In this document: positions 14,924 to 24,140 of the stretch, piece after piece
Numbering within the stretch: the first letter of the stretch is position 1
How the letters are laid out: every line of letters starts with the position of its first letter
Virus record (IMG/VR): IMGVR_UViG_3300027985_001029
Coordinates: 1-31,225 of that record
Length of the DNA stretch: 31,225 nucleotides
Strand: one strand, 5' to 3'
Source of the DNA: a virus
Taxonomy: Duplodnaviria; Caudoviricetes
Program-made: the position numbers and the translations under genes
Notes under the pieces: model-generated
Databases searched by the model: none
The model's input: the letters and a program-made list of their open reading frames with translations, nothing else
Told to the model about the DNA's origin: nothing

Positions 14924-16582
14924 TTGAATTACATCGAACACCAACGCCAAAAGGCGCAGCAATATATTGAGGGGGTTGAATCGGGTAAGATAGTTGCAAA
15001 CCGCTGGATAAAACTTGCGGTAAAACGTTACCTAAAAGATTTAAAGCGCAAAGATTTGGTGCAGGACCAGGCAAAGGTTGACAGGGTGTTTAAGTTCTTT
15101 AGCATGTTGAGAGTTAAGCGGGGTAAAAAATACCAGCAATTTGAATTTGAATTGTACCAGGCTTTTATCATTCAGTGTTTGTTTTTGTTTTATTACACCG
15201 ATGGCCGCAGGCGTTTTACTTATTTTTTCCTGTTTGTGGCCCGTAAGAATGGGAAAACAGTTTTTGCCGTTTGTTTAAATTTATACTTTTTAATTGCAGA
15301 CAAAGAGGTTGACCCACAAGTGCTTTTGCTGGCATCAACACGCGAGCAGGCATCAATTGCGTTGGAATATGCAAAAAATATCATCAGGAATTCGCCCGCA
15401 CTTAATAAGGCGGTGAAATCTCAGAAATACAAAATAGTTTACAACAGGGGTGAAAGCTCAGGATTTATGAAAACACTAGCAAGCAAATCAAATACATTGG
15501 ACGGCTACAACCCGCACAGCGCTATACTTGATGAGGTGCACAGTTACCCGGATGATTCACTATTTAATGTGATTAAGTCAGGAATAATTGAGCGCGAAAA
15601 CCCGGTTGTGTCCCTGATATCAACAGCCGGTTTTGTATTGGATTCGCTGTGCAATGACCTGGTGGAAACCTCAAAAAATATCCTGAAAGGAACCGTAAAA
15701 GATGATTCATTTCTAGCCTTGCTTTATACGCTGGATGACAAAGATGACTGGAATGAGGAAAAAAACTGGGTAAAAGCTAATCCTACATTAGGCAGCCTTT
15801 TAAAAGTTGAAAAGTTAAGAATTGAGTATAATCAAACACAGATAAGACCTTCCACAAAGCCAAATTTTAAGACCAAAAACCTCAATATTTTTGTTGAAAG
15901 TTCTGATGCCTGGATTGAGGAAGATATTATCGCGAAAGTTTACCGTGATGTGGGCATTGATTTAGCAGGCCGTAAATGTTATGGAGGTATTGACCTTTCC
16001 AGCACTAAAGACTTAACCGCATTTACCCTTGTTTTTGAAATTGATGAGGTATTTTACCAAATCACTTTCTTTTTCCTGCCTGATAATCCTGAAAAAAAAC
16101 TACGTAAGGGCGGAGTTGATTTGCAATTGTGGATTGAGACCGGTCATATTATCGAAAGCAAAACTAAAACTATTGATTATGACCTGATTTACCAGACAAT
16201 TGAGAATTGTTCGAAGTTGTATGATATTGTTTCGATTGCTTATGACCCTTTTAACAGTGCTTTGCTGGTTCCAAAGATTGAAGATTTAGGCATCACCTGT
16301 AATGCTTTTAAGCAAACAGCGTTGCATTTTAATTTTCCCTTAAAGTTTTTGGAAAAAATGATATACGAACAAAGAATGATTTTAGGAATTAATCCGGTGA
16401 TGAGGTGGAATTTTAGGAATGTTGTTTTATATGTGGATGGCAACGGAAACATTAAGATTGTGAAAAATAAAAGTCTTGATTCTGTTGACGGGGTTGTATC
16501 GCTGGCTATGGCAATAGGTGAATGGATAGCTGAAAATCTGGATGCTGAAAAGGCAAATATTGAGGCTTATTTGAATATGTAA
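14924..16582 (+). CDS. terL: Terminase large subunit
   Basis: Walker A VARKNGKT, Walker B AILDEVH, ISTAG, nuclease GGIDLS, YDPFN, DGVVSLAMA; TTG start. Confidence 0.97.
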   Translation: MNYIEHQRQKAQQYIEGVESGKIVANRWIKLAVKRYLKDLKRKDLVQDQAKVDRVFKFFSMLRVKRGKKYQQFEFELYQAFIIQCLFLFYYTDGRRRFTYFFLFVARKNGKTVFAVCLNLYFLIADKEVDPQVLLLASTREQASIALEYAKNIIRNSPALNKAVKSQKYKIVYNRGESSGFMKTLASKSNTLDGYNPHSAILDEVHSYPDDSLFNVIKSGIIERENPVVSLISTAGFVLDSLCNDLVETSKNILKGTVKDDSFLALLYTLDDKDDWNEEKNWVKANPTLGSLLKVEKLRIEYNQTQIRPSTKPNFKTKNLNIFVESSDAWIEEDIIAKVYRDVGIDLAGRKCYGGIDLSSTKDLTAFTLVFEIDEVFYQITFFFLPDNPEKKLRKGGVDLQLWIETGHIIESKTKTIDYDLIYQTIENCSKLYDIVSIAYDPFNSALLVPKIEDLGITCNAFKQTALHFNFPLKFLEKMIYEQRMILGINPVMRWNFRNVVLYVDGNGNIKIVKNKSLDSVDGVVSLAMAIGEWIAENLDAEKANIEAYLNM

Positions 16583-16632
16583 AACCTAAGCAGATGGGTT
16601 AAATTATCTGTATAATTTAATATATAATAACA

Positions 16633-16881
16633 ATGGGAAATTTTAGAATTGTAATTGATGCTGTCGGAGGTCATGGCGTTGACAGAGAAAAAAAGGATGG
16701 TGAAATAGTAAATCACTTTGCTGAAGGAATGCAATCGCCTGATGCAATGGCAAAGCAAATTGTCAATTATCTGCAGGCAAATGGCATAAGTCCTGAATCT
16801 GCCAAATTAATACACTGGCCAGGTGAAGAAAGTGAAATCACCGATGATCTTTTGACAGGAATTCGAAAAGGTAACTTTTAA
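16633..16881 (+). CDS. Hypothetical cargo protein
   Basis: 82 aa inserted between terL and portal. Confidence 0.7.
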   Translation: MGNFRIVIDAVGGHGVDREKKDGEIVNHFAEGMQSPDAMAKQIVNYLQANGISPESAKLIHWPGEESEITDDLLTGIRKGNF

Positions 16882-16943
16882 GTCTGTAACAACTGCCAAC
16901 AAGGGTTTGAATTATTATACTCTTGTTGGCTAATTATTTTAAA

Positions 16944-17252
16944 ATGAAAAAACTCCTTTCAATATTAATGCTTATAATGATTATTGCCTGCAGTAAGCCA
17001 GAGCCTGTTGAACCTGGTTACAATGCAGAGGTAATCAGTTATGATGGCCGCAAATGTTATTGTCTTTATGGTTGGATGATAGTAATGGGAAACGATACCA
17101 TTCTTTCAACCAGTGACTATTTGCGCCAAAAAGTGGGCTATGATATTGTTGAACCTGTAAAAGTAAACATTCAGATAGTTGAGCAGGATGATTTTTGCAA
17201 GTATAAGTATTGTGAAGTGATTGAAAAAACTTACATTAGTGATAATTATTAA
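16944..17252 (+). CDS. Lipoprotein
   Basis: MKKLLSILMLIMIIAC signal/lipobox; CYC motif. Confidence 0.75.
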   Translation: MKKLLSILMLIMIIACSKPEPVEPGYNAEVISYDGRKCYCLYGWMIVMGNDTILSTSDYLRQKVGYDIVEPVKVNIQIVEQDDFCKYKYCEVIEKTYISDNY

Positions 17253-17267
17253 AATAAGTTATTTATT

Positions 17268-17474
17268 ATGGGAAAATTTATACAAACAGAAATTGGCTTA
17301 AAAAGAACCCCTCCTAAGCCTATAAAAGATGAAAAAACAGGAAATATATTAAAAATCGAGGAGGAAACTTTGACTGTAACTTTAAAGTATATTGGTTATG
17401 GAGATACAACTAATATTACTGATGAGCAATTAATGGACAAGTTTATTGAGTTATTTGAAACTGAAATTTCATAG
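17268..17474 (+). CDS. Hypothetical protein
   Basis: 68 aa, ATG start. Confidence 0.55.
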   Translation: MGKFIQTEIGLKRTPPKPIKDEKTGNILKIEEETLTVTLKYIGYGDTTNITDEQLMDKFIELFETEIS

Positions 17475-17550
17475 AGCGAAATTTACTAATTAAACTTATT
17501 AACAATTGAAATAACCACCTACAATTCTCTACATCTTGTTATTTGTGTGC

Positions 17551-17583
17551 GAAAGGACTTAGTTTTAAAAATTAAGTCCTTTC
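17551..17583 (+). terminator. Probable terminator hairpin before the portal gene
   Basis: GAAAGGACTTAGT...ATTAAGTCCTTTC inverted repeat. Confidence 0.65.
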
Positions 17584-17712
17584 TTGTATATGTATTATTG
17601 AATTGTAATGCATGTTTATTTAGCAGTATTTCAGTAAATTACTGTTAATAACTACCTCTTAAAAAACCCCTTCAATTCATTCGGCATTTGTCTTTATAAG
17701 AAAAAAAGGCAA

Positions 17713-18930
17713 ATGTCGATATTCTCAAAATTCAAAAGTGCTTTTTCGACCGTTTTTACAACGGATAAAGAATATATTACGAATTACATTACTAAGATAA
17801 TAGGGAAAAATGGATTCGATAATAAAAAAGCATTGGCCATTAGCACGGTTTATACCTGTATTGATATTCTATCGAAAACACTTGCGAAACTTCCCAGAGA
17901 AGTATTTGAGACAGATGTCTCAGGCGGTAAACTAAAGGATAAAAGCGATTACCGCTATGAATTGCTGCATGACAATCCAAACAATTACACTACCTCATTT
18001 AGTTTCTTCAATGCAATAGAGGCTAATCGAAATTTAAGAGGTAACGGGTTTGCACGCATTCATCGTAATAATCATGGACAGGCTTACAGTCTGGAAATTA
18101 TCAAACCAAGCAGGATTGTTGATTACAAAATCGTAAACGGCAATCTTTATTACGCTTTTGTCAATGACAATGGAGACATAGAGGCCATTTCATCAAATGA
18201 CATGCTGCATTTTAAAATGCTGACCATTGATGGGATTTGGGGAATAAATCCCATTGAGGCTTTGCGTCTTAATCTTTCCACAACCTGGAAAGGTATGAAT
18301 ACCATTGACAATTTTTATGATAACAATGCAGTTTCGCCAAAAGCTTTAAAATCAACCGTAGCCGGCGCCAATCAAAAAGCCATTTTGGAGGCATTACAAA
18401 AGTTCCAAAAAGAATATGCCGGCTCATTAAATGCAGGGCAGTTGATGCCTTTACCTCCTAATACAGAAATACAGGAATTGAGCCTTAACATGGCAGATGC
18501 CGAATTTATCAGCACTATCAAGTTTAATGCAAATCAGATTGCCGGTGTTTTTGGAATTCCTCCGCACATGGTTGGGAATACCGAAACCAGCAAATACAAT
18601 AATGTGGAGCAAATGACAATTGGTTTTAAAAGTGATACCATTTCTCCCATTGCAAAAATGTACAAGGAGGAATTCAGGCTTAAATTATTGACTCCACAGG
18701 AAAAAAGGCAAGGCAAAGACATTGAATTAAACCTGATGGCCATGATTGAAACAGACCACAAAACAAGGATGGAAGGTTATAAAACACTTTCGCAGATTGG
18801 GGCCATTTCTCCAAACAAAATAGCACAAATTGAGAACCTGCCCACTGATGAGAATGGGGATGTGAGATTGATTCCTATGAATATGATGACTTTGGATAAA
18901 CTTAAAAATAACAGCAATGTCAAAAGCTAA
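17713..18930 (+). CDS. Portal protein, HK97 family
   Basis: STVYTCIDILSKTLAKLP, PNNYTT, LRGNGFA, GINPI, IAGVFGIPPHMVG, NNVEQ. Confidence 0.97.
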   Translation: MSIFSKFKSAFSTVFTTDKEYITNYITKIIGKNGFDNKKALAISTVYTCIDILSKTLAKLPREVFETDVSGGKLKDKSDYRYELLHDNPNNYTTSFSFFNAIEANRNLRGNGFARIHRNNHGQAYSLEIIKPSRIVDYKIVNGNLYYAFVNDNGDIEAISSNDMLHFKMLTIDGIWGINPIEALRLNLSTTWKGMNTIDNFYDNNAVSPKALKSTVAGANQKAILEALQKFQKEYAGSLNAGQLMPLPPNTEIQELSLNMADAEFISTIKFNANQIAGVFGIPPHMVGNTETSKYNNVEQMTIGFKSDTISPIAKMYKEEFRLKLLTPQEKRQGKDIELNLMAMIETDHKTRMEGYKTLSQIGAISPNKIAQIENLPTDENGDVRLIPMNMMTLDKLKNNSNVKS

Positions 18931-19558
18931 AGAAAAATACAATGATGGTCGCGAAATTCGCACAATATCATCTGAACATCGTGCCCAGGAGGTTGACGGT
19001 AAAAAATCAATAACAGGGTATGCCATTTTGTTTGAGCACGAAAGCCGTGTTATTTATGATTGGCGCGAAGGTTACTTTGTTGAAAAAATTGCACATGGTG
19101 CACTAGATGAGGTAATGTCGGACCCTAACCTTGATGTAATTATTACACCGAATCATCAATTTGATAAAGTAATGGGTAGAACATTATCAAAAACACTATT
19201 ACTTGAAGTTGATGAAAAAGGTTTAAAATATACCATTCCTGAGGTTCCAAACATATCATATGCACTTGATATGTATGAGAGCATTAAACGCGGAGACACT
19301 TTTGAAAGTTCATTTACTTTCTGGGTTGACGAAAGCGGCGAGACCTGGTCGGAAAAATCGGACGGGATAAAGTTACGTACGATAACCAAAATCAGGAAAC
19401 TCAAAGAGGTCAGTCCGGTAACTGATGGAGCTTATTCCAATACGGAAGTTGCAGCGCGTTCAATGCAAAAGGCTTTTCCTGAGACAACGGATGAGCCAAT
19501 TGAAACCAATCATTTGAGACAAAGAAAGTTAGAATTACTAAAATTAAAGAGAAAATGA
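18917..19558 (+). CDS. Prohead protease, HK97 family
   Basis: ITGYAILF, FVEKIAHGA, NH, SSFTF, EVSPVTDGAY. Confidence 0.95.
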   Translation: MSKAKEKYNDGREIRTISSEHRAQEVDGKKSITGYAILFEHESRVIYDWREGYFVEKIAHGALDEVMSDPNLDVIITPNHQFDKVMGRTLSKTLLLEVDEKGLKYTIPEVPNISYALDMYESIKRGDTFESSFTFWVDESGETWSEKSDGIKLRTITKIRKLKEVSPVTDGAYSNTEVAARSMQKAFPETTDEPIETNHLRQRKLELLKLKRK

Positions 19559-20823
19559 AAAAATCAGACGAATTAAAACAAAAACGTTTGCAAGCCTGGG
19601 AAGCAATGCGGGCAATAGATGAAAAAGCAAATGGAGAAAAAAGAGCACTTACAGCAGAGGAACAAGCTGACTGGGACAAAAGGGCCAAAGAAATTGAAGA
19701 TTTGGACAAGGAAATTGATATTGCTGAAAAAAGAGAAGCACTTGAGGAAAGATTTGTTGGTCAACAATTCAAAAAAAATCCCACAAAAACTCCTGAGGAA
19801 AAGTTAGTTGAAAAAATTGACTATTTCAAAGCTATCAGGGAGGCATCTACAGGCAGCTTAACAGGTGCAGAAAAGGAACTTCATGAGGAAGGTTTGAAGG
19901 AGTATAAGCGTTCGAATATTACAGCGTCTCCAAACTCAATTATTTTCCCTGCCTCTATGTATGATATTAAACGGGCCGTTGTCAATAAACGTGCCTATGC
20001 AGAGGTTGACACGACAGCCGGTGCAGGATTTATCCCTACAGATGTGGCAAATTCGTTAAATATTGTGCGTACACCGAATATCATGGATAAGTTGGGTGTA
20101 ACTGTTTACGAAGGATTAGAGGGAAATTTAAAATTGCCTAAAATGGCACAATTAAATGCCGCTTTTGTAGCTGAAAAGGCAAGCGTTGATACTGCAGGTA
20201 ATACTCCTGGAAGCGCAAGTTTAGCACCAAGGCGTGTTGGTTCAGGCGATAATTTCTCAAAAGAATTGTTTAGTCAAACATCACCATCAATTCAAAACGG
20301 AATTATGACTGATTTCATTGATGCAATTTGGAGAGCAATTCAAAAAGATGGATTTCAGGCAGTTGCAGCCGGTGGAACTATCCTGAGTGGTTACGCTATT
20401 ACTGACACAGTGGCCGCGCTTGACCATGCAGCCATTTTGGCAATGGAATCAGGAATTGAAACTGATTATGACGGATTGGCCTACTTGATGTCACCAAAAC
20501 AAAGAGCAAAATTAAAAGCTTTGGTAATTGGTGGTGCCGGTTCTGGAAGATTTGCCTGGGAAAACAATAACGTTAACGGATACGATGCCTATGCAAGTAA
20601 TTCAATAGCTGCAACCAATGGTGGGTCTACAAATACGGCTTATGATGTTGTATTTGGAATGTGGCGCGCTCTTGTTGTTGGTTTGTGGGGCGGTATGGAG
20701 CTTATTGTCGACCCTTATACAGCAGCTAAACAAGGTGAATATGTGATTACTGCCAATGCTTTGGCTGATACAGCCGTTGCAAATGCCTTAAGTTTTGCAG
20801 TAATAAGAAACGCAGATATTTAA
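19555..20823 (+). CDS. Major capsid protein, HK97 fold with N-terminal delta domain
   Basis: Coiled-coil N-terminus, GFIPTD, GLWGGMELIVDPYT. Confidence 0.95.
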   Translation: MKKSDELKQKRLQAWEAMRAIDEKANGEKRALTAEEQADWDKRAKEIEDLDKEIDIAEKREALEERFVGQQFKKNPTKTPEEKLVEKIDYFKAIREASTGSLTGAEKELHEEGLKEYKRSNITASPNSIIFPASMYDIKRAVVNKRAYAEVDTTAGAGFIPTDVANSLNIVRTPNIMDKLGVTVYEGLEGNLKLPKMAQLNAAFVAEKASVDTAGNTPGSASLAPRRVGSGDNFSKELFSQTSPSIQNGIMTDFIDAIWRAIQKDGFQAVAAGGTILSGYAITDTVAALDHAAILAMESGIETDYDGLAYLMSPKQRAKLKALVIGGAGSGRFAWENNNVNGYDAYASNSIAATNGGSTNTAYDVVFGMWRALVVGLWGGMELIVDPYTAAKQGEYVITANALADTAVANALSFAVIRNADI

Positions 20824-20830
20824 TTTTTGA

Positions 20831-20848
20831 GAGGGTAGCAATACCCTC
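20831..20848 (+). terminator. GNRA hairpin after the capsid gene (weak terminator or mRNA stabiliser)
   Basis: GAGGGTA-GCAA-TACCCTC followed by ATAATCTTTTT. Confidence 0.6.
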
Positions 20849-20864
20849 ATAATCTTTTTCAAAA

Positions 20865-21416
20865 ATGGCACTGACTAAAGTAAAAAGTGATTATATCATA
20901 ACTCTTGATGAGGTAAAAGAGCATTTAAACATTGATGCTGATTTTACCGATAAGGATGCATATTTAATGCAATTGGTGAAAGCAGCGGTGGGATTTGCTG
21001 AGAATTTCATCGAAAAAGATATTGCATTAACCACTAATACTTTGGTCAAAAGGAAATTTACCGGATACATTATTGAAGTGGGCGAGGGTAATGTGTCCTC
21101 AATTACTTCAATTAAGGACGGAAGCGGCTCAGACCTGGGATATTCAGACAATGAGGTGGAATACTATGACAGTGATTTTAAAGTAACACTCAATGAGAGT
21201 GTTAGCAGTGAAACCACAATGACTATGGTATTCGTTACTGGCTTTACGGCTCAGACATGTCCTGCACAAATAAAGCAGGCCGTTTTAATTAAGGTAGCCG
21301 ATTTATATGATGTGGACCGGTCTGACTATCATTTTCTGACTATTGGCAAAGGAAAAGCATTTGAAAGTTTCCTTGATTATTACGTAGCAAAAAGGACCAG
21401 ATATATACCTAACTGA
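20865..21416 (+). CDS. Head-tail connector (HK97 gp6-like)
   Basis: ITLDEVKEHLNID...D.YL..LVKAA...AE; PAQIKQAVL...LY..R. Confidence 0.9.
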   Translation: MALTKVKSDYIITLDEVKEHLNIDADFTDKDAYLMQLVKAAVGFAENFIEKDIALTTNTLVKRKFTGYIIEVGEGNVSSITSIKDGSGSDLGYSDNEVEYYDSDFKVTLNESVSSETTMTMVFVTGFTAQTCPAQIKQAVLIKVADLYDVDRSDYHFLTIGKGKAFESFLDYYVAKRTRYIPN

Positions 21417-21730
21417 TGATTTCGGCATTATTAAATGAGCAGATTGCTATTGAGGTAGAAACAACCTCTAAAAATGGTGTGGGGACTCCCATTGAGACTT
21501 ATGTGCATTTAAAATACACTTATGCCTCGGTAAAATATACCAAAGGCGATACTGAATTTAGGGAGGCCGCAATGCCTTACACAGATACAGAATTTTCAGT
21601 GAGGTATGATTCAAGGCTTAACTATAAATGCCGTGTTCTTTTTAATGGTGAGTATTACAAGATATTACACATTGAAAAGATAGGCAGAAAAGACGGTTTG
21701 CGATTGAAAACGATTAAGTGGGATGAGTGA
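21416..21730 (+). CDS. Head closure / head-tail adaptor (SPP1 gp16-like)
   Basis: LNEQIAI...FSVRY...RVLFNGEYYKILHI; position. Confidence 0.85.
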   Translation: MISALLNEQIAIEVETTSKNGVGTPIETYVHLKYTYASVKYTKGDTEFREAAMPYTDTEFSVRYDSRLNYKCRVLFNGEYYKILHIEKIGRKDGLRLKTIKWDE

Positions 21731-22226
21731 AAACTTTAAGATTGATGGATTAAGAGAGGTTTATGCGTTGCTTGATGATTTATCGGCCATAGAAAAGCGA
21801 AAAATACTGCTTGGAGCCATGAAGAAAACGGCAAACAGGCATATTAAAAAAAACCTTGAATCTGCCAATATTCACAAGTCAAGCAAAAGTCGAAAATCAA
21901 AACCTTTTGTTACGGTAAACAATCCCAAAAACAAGTTGGGAATTTTATCGGGGGTGTCCAGTAAATTTTTTCATTACAGGTTCATTGAATTTGGTACAAA
22001 GCAACGATACACAAAAGCATTTAAGACAAAAACAACTTATCTGCTCGGTAAAAAAGTAAAATCTAAAAAGAAAAAAAAATCTGCTTATCGTGGTGTAATG
22101 AGAGCGAGGCCATTTATGAAAAAGATCATTGATGATAATCTGGACAATGTAATTGACTATTTCGCCAGTGATTTCGGAATGGAAGTTAAAAAACGTCTGG
22201 ACCGATTGGCAAAGAAAAAGAAGTAA
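21723..22226 (+). CDS. HK97 gp10-like tail completion protein
   Basis: IDGLREV, HYRFIEFGT, MRARPFM. Confidence 0.88.
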   Translation: MSENFKIDGLREVYALLDDLSAIEKRKILLGAMKKTANRHIKKNLESANIHKSSKSRKSKPFVTVNNPKNKLGILSGVSSKFFHYRFIEFGTKQRYTKAFKTKTTYLLGKKVKSKKKKKSAYRGVMRARPFMKKIIDDNLDNVIDYFASDFGMEVKKRLDRLAKKKK

Positions 22227-22245
22227 AATTTTAATATAAAAAAAA

Positions 22246-22617
22246 ATGGCATTAATAGGAGACAGAGTATTAGATAACGGACTTGGTGTTTTGAATTCTG
22301 AGGCAAATGAGATAGTCATTTGTTCACAGGAGCCAACAACATACACAGAGGCCCATACAACCTATAAATTAGGGACAAAATCCAGTCCGACCATTGCAGC
22401 CCCTTCGGACAGGACAGGAGGCGGGCGCGAGGCGGTTGCGGCTGCAATTAGTGACGGAAGTGTTGAAGCAACGGGCACATCCACTCATTTTGCTATTACT
22501 GACACAGTAAATTCAAGATTACTAGCTGTGGGAGCATTGTCAAGTTCTCAGGCGGTTACAAGTGGCAACACTTTTTCGTTAACCAGTTTTAGCGTTGGAA
22601 TTCCTGACCCTGCATAA
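22246..22617 (+). CDS. Small beta-rich virion fibre/decoration subunit
   Basis: DRVLDNGL..L...ICSQEPTTY.EA...GT.THFAI.D...RLLA.GALSSSQAVTSGNTF.L..F..GIPDP, recalled phage structural family; inserted among neck genes. Confidence 0.7.
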   Translation: MALIGDRVLDNGLGVLNSEANEIVICSQEPTTYTEAHTTYKLGTKSSPTIAAPSDRTGGGREAVAAAISDGSVEATGTSTHFAITDTVNSRLLAVGALSSSQAVTSGNTFSLTSFSVGIPDPA

Positions 22618-22627
22618 TTTGTGAATT

Positions 22628-23074
22628 ATGGATGAATTAGTAGCTGAAAATATTGTTTGTGGAAATGTAGCGATTAAAGATTGTGATTTACAATTGTCAA
22701 TTGCTATGCTGTTTTACAATCTGCTTAATGCCAATACTGATTTAAGCGGGTTGTTTGATGGCTTTTACTATCTGATGGCTCCTGATAATGTTTCGCCTGA
22801 TAGTACAATGCTTATTTATTCAATTGATTTGATTGATAGTTGGGATGTGATAGGCAGAAACAATGTGATGGATATATACGATTTAAATATCAATATTTTC
22901 GCTGCTGATACCTCCGAAATTGACATTTTGGTGAAAGCTGTGCGCACTTTCCTTGATAATTATTCTGACTCACATTTTAAGGATATCAATTTAGAAACGG
23001 GTGGGCTTGATAATGAAGGTGAGCGCGAGCAGTTTATGTACAATTTGAATTATAAAATAACTTTTAAAGAGTAA
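22628..23074 (+). CDS. Tail terminator-like protein with extra N-terminal motif
   Basis: Acidic, directly before tail tube; YYLMAP...INIFA pattern; begins MDELVAENIVCGN. Confidence 0.7.
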   Translation: MDELVAENIVCGNVAIKDCDLQLSIAMLFYNLLNANTDLSGLFDGFYYLMAPDNVSPDSTMLIYSIDLIDSWDVIGRNNVMDIYDLNINIFAADTSEIDILVKAVRTFLDNYSDSHFKDINLETGGLDNEGEREQFMYNLNYKITFKE

Positions 23075-23078
23075 TACG

Positions 23079-23501
23079 ATGGCTTTAGAACCTAAATTAT
23101 CGAAACAACTTACATTGTCAATTGATGGTGATGTGATAGGGTTTGCCACTGATTTTGACCTTGAAGTAAATAAGGAGGTGATTGATATTACCACTTTGTC
23201 GGCTGCAGGATGGAAAGAATTTTTGGTTGACCTGAAAGAATGGAAAATATCCTATTCCGGTTTAGTTACCAGAGGTACACCCGGCACAAATGAAATAGGC
23301 AGCGAGGGACTTTTATCCAGTTTTATAGGCAGTGATGCTGCGGTTGCAATTATTTTAAAAACCTCAACTACTGGCGACCAGTACGTGACTGGAAATGCTT
23401 TTATACTTTCTCATAAAGAAAGTGGTAAAGTGAATGATAAAATGACTTTCTCAGGAGAGTTACAGGGAACCGGGGCTTTAACATTGGCAAACGTAGTGTA
23501 A
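23079..23501 (+). CDS. Major tail tube protein (TP901-1-like)
   Basis: IDITTLSAAGWKEFLVDLKEWKISYSGL...TFSGELQGTGAL. Confidence 0.9.
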   Translation: MALEPKLSKQLTLSIDGDVIGFATDFDLEVNKEVIDITTLSAAGWKEFLVDLKEWKISYSGLVTRGTPGTNEIGSEGLLSSFIGSDAAVAIILKTSTTGDQYVTGNAFILSHKESGKVNDKMTFSGELQGTGALTLANVV

Positions 23502-23502
23502 T

Positions 23503-23817
23503 ATGATTAAGCATTTACAATACCAGGGGCAGGATTTGCCCCTTAGAATTTCTTTTTATGCTTTGGCACATTGTAAAGAAGAATTGGGAAAAGATATTAC
23601 GGAAAGTTTCGAGTTTGAAAATCTTGAACCGTTGCTTTTTCATTCATTGGTAGCTGGACATAAATTTGAAAAAAAACAAATGCCTTTTGAAAGGGATGAG
23701 GTTGAATTTGTGCTGGATGAATGTTTGTCGGATTTTATCAAAATGATTCCTGAGTTTTTTGCTGAAATAAAATTTAAGGATATGAATCCGACTGATGAGG
23801 TAAAAAAAAAGGAATAG
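23503..23817 (+). CDS. Tail assembly chaperone (G)
   Basis: Between tube and tape measure; ends in slippery A AAA AAG. Confidence 0.85.
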   Translation: MIKHLQYQGQDLPLRISFYALAHCKEELGKDITESFEFENLEPLLFHSLVAGHKFEKKQMPFERDEVEFVLDECLSDFIKMIPEFFAEIKFKDMNPTDEVKKKE

Positions 23818-24140
23818 ATTACAATGAGCAGGCTGGAATTGCAATTGCAAGATTGAAAATGACAGCCGCTCAGTTTTACGACCTCACACCAATAGAATTT
23901 GATTTTGCATTGCAGGAATATAACAAGATTCAGGAAGAAAGGGAAAAGTTTGAACTGGAAAAGATGAGGTTACAAACCTTATACCTGGTTAATGTTCATT
24001 TGAAAAACACAATTAATGATGTACGCAAACTGATGCCTTTTACCTGGGATAAATTTGAGGTGTATGTGCCCACAGAAATTGAGTGGGATGAATTACAAAA
24101 ACTCGCTGACAAGATATGGCAAAAACAATCACAGAATTAA
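23503..24140 (+). CDS. Tail assembly chaperone G-T fusion via -1 frameshift
   Basis: In-frame A AAA AAG at 23805-23811; -1 frame open to 24140 (FYDLTPIEF...FTWD). Confidence 0.85.
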
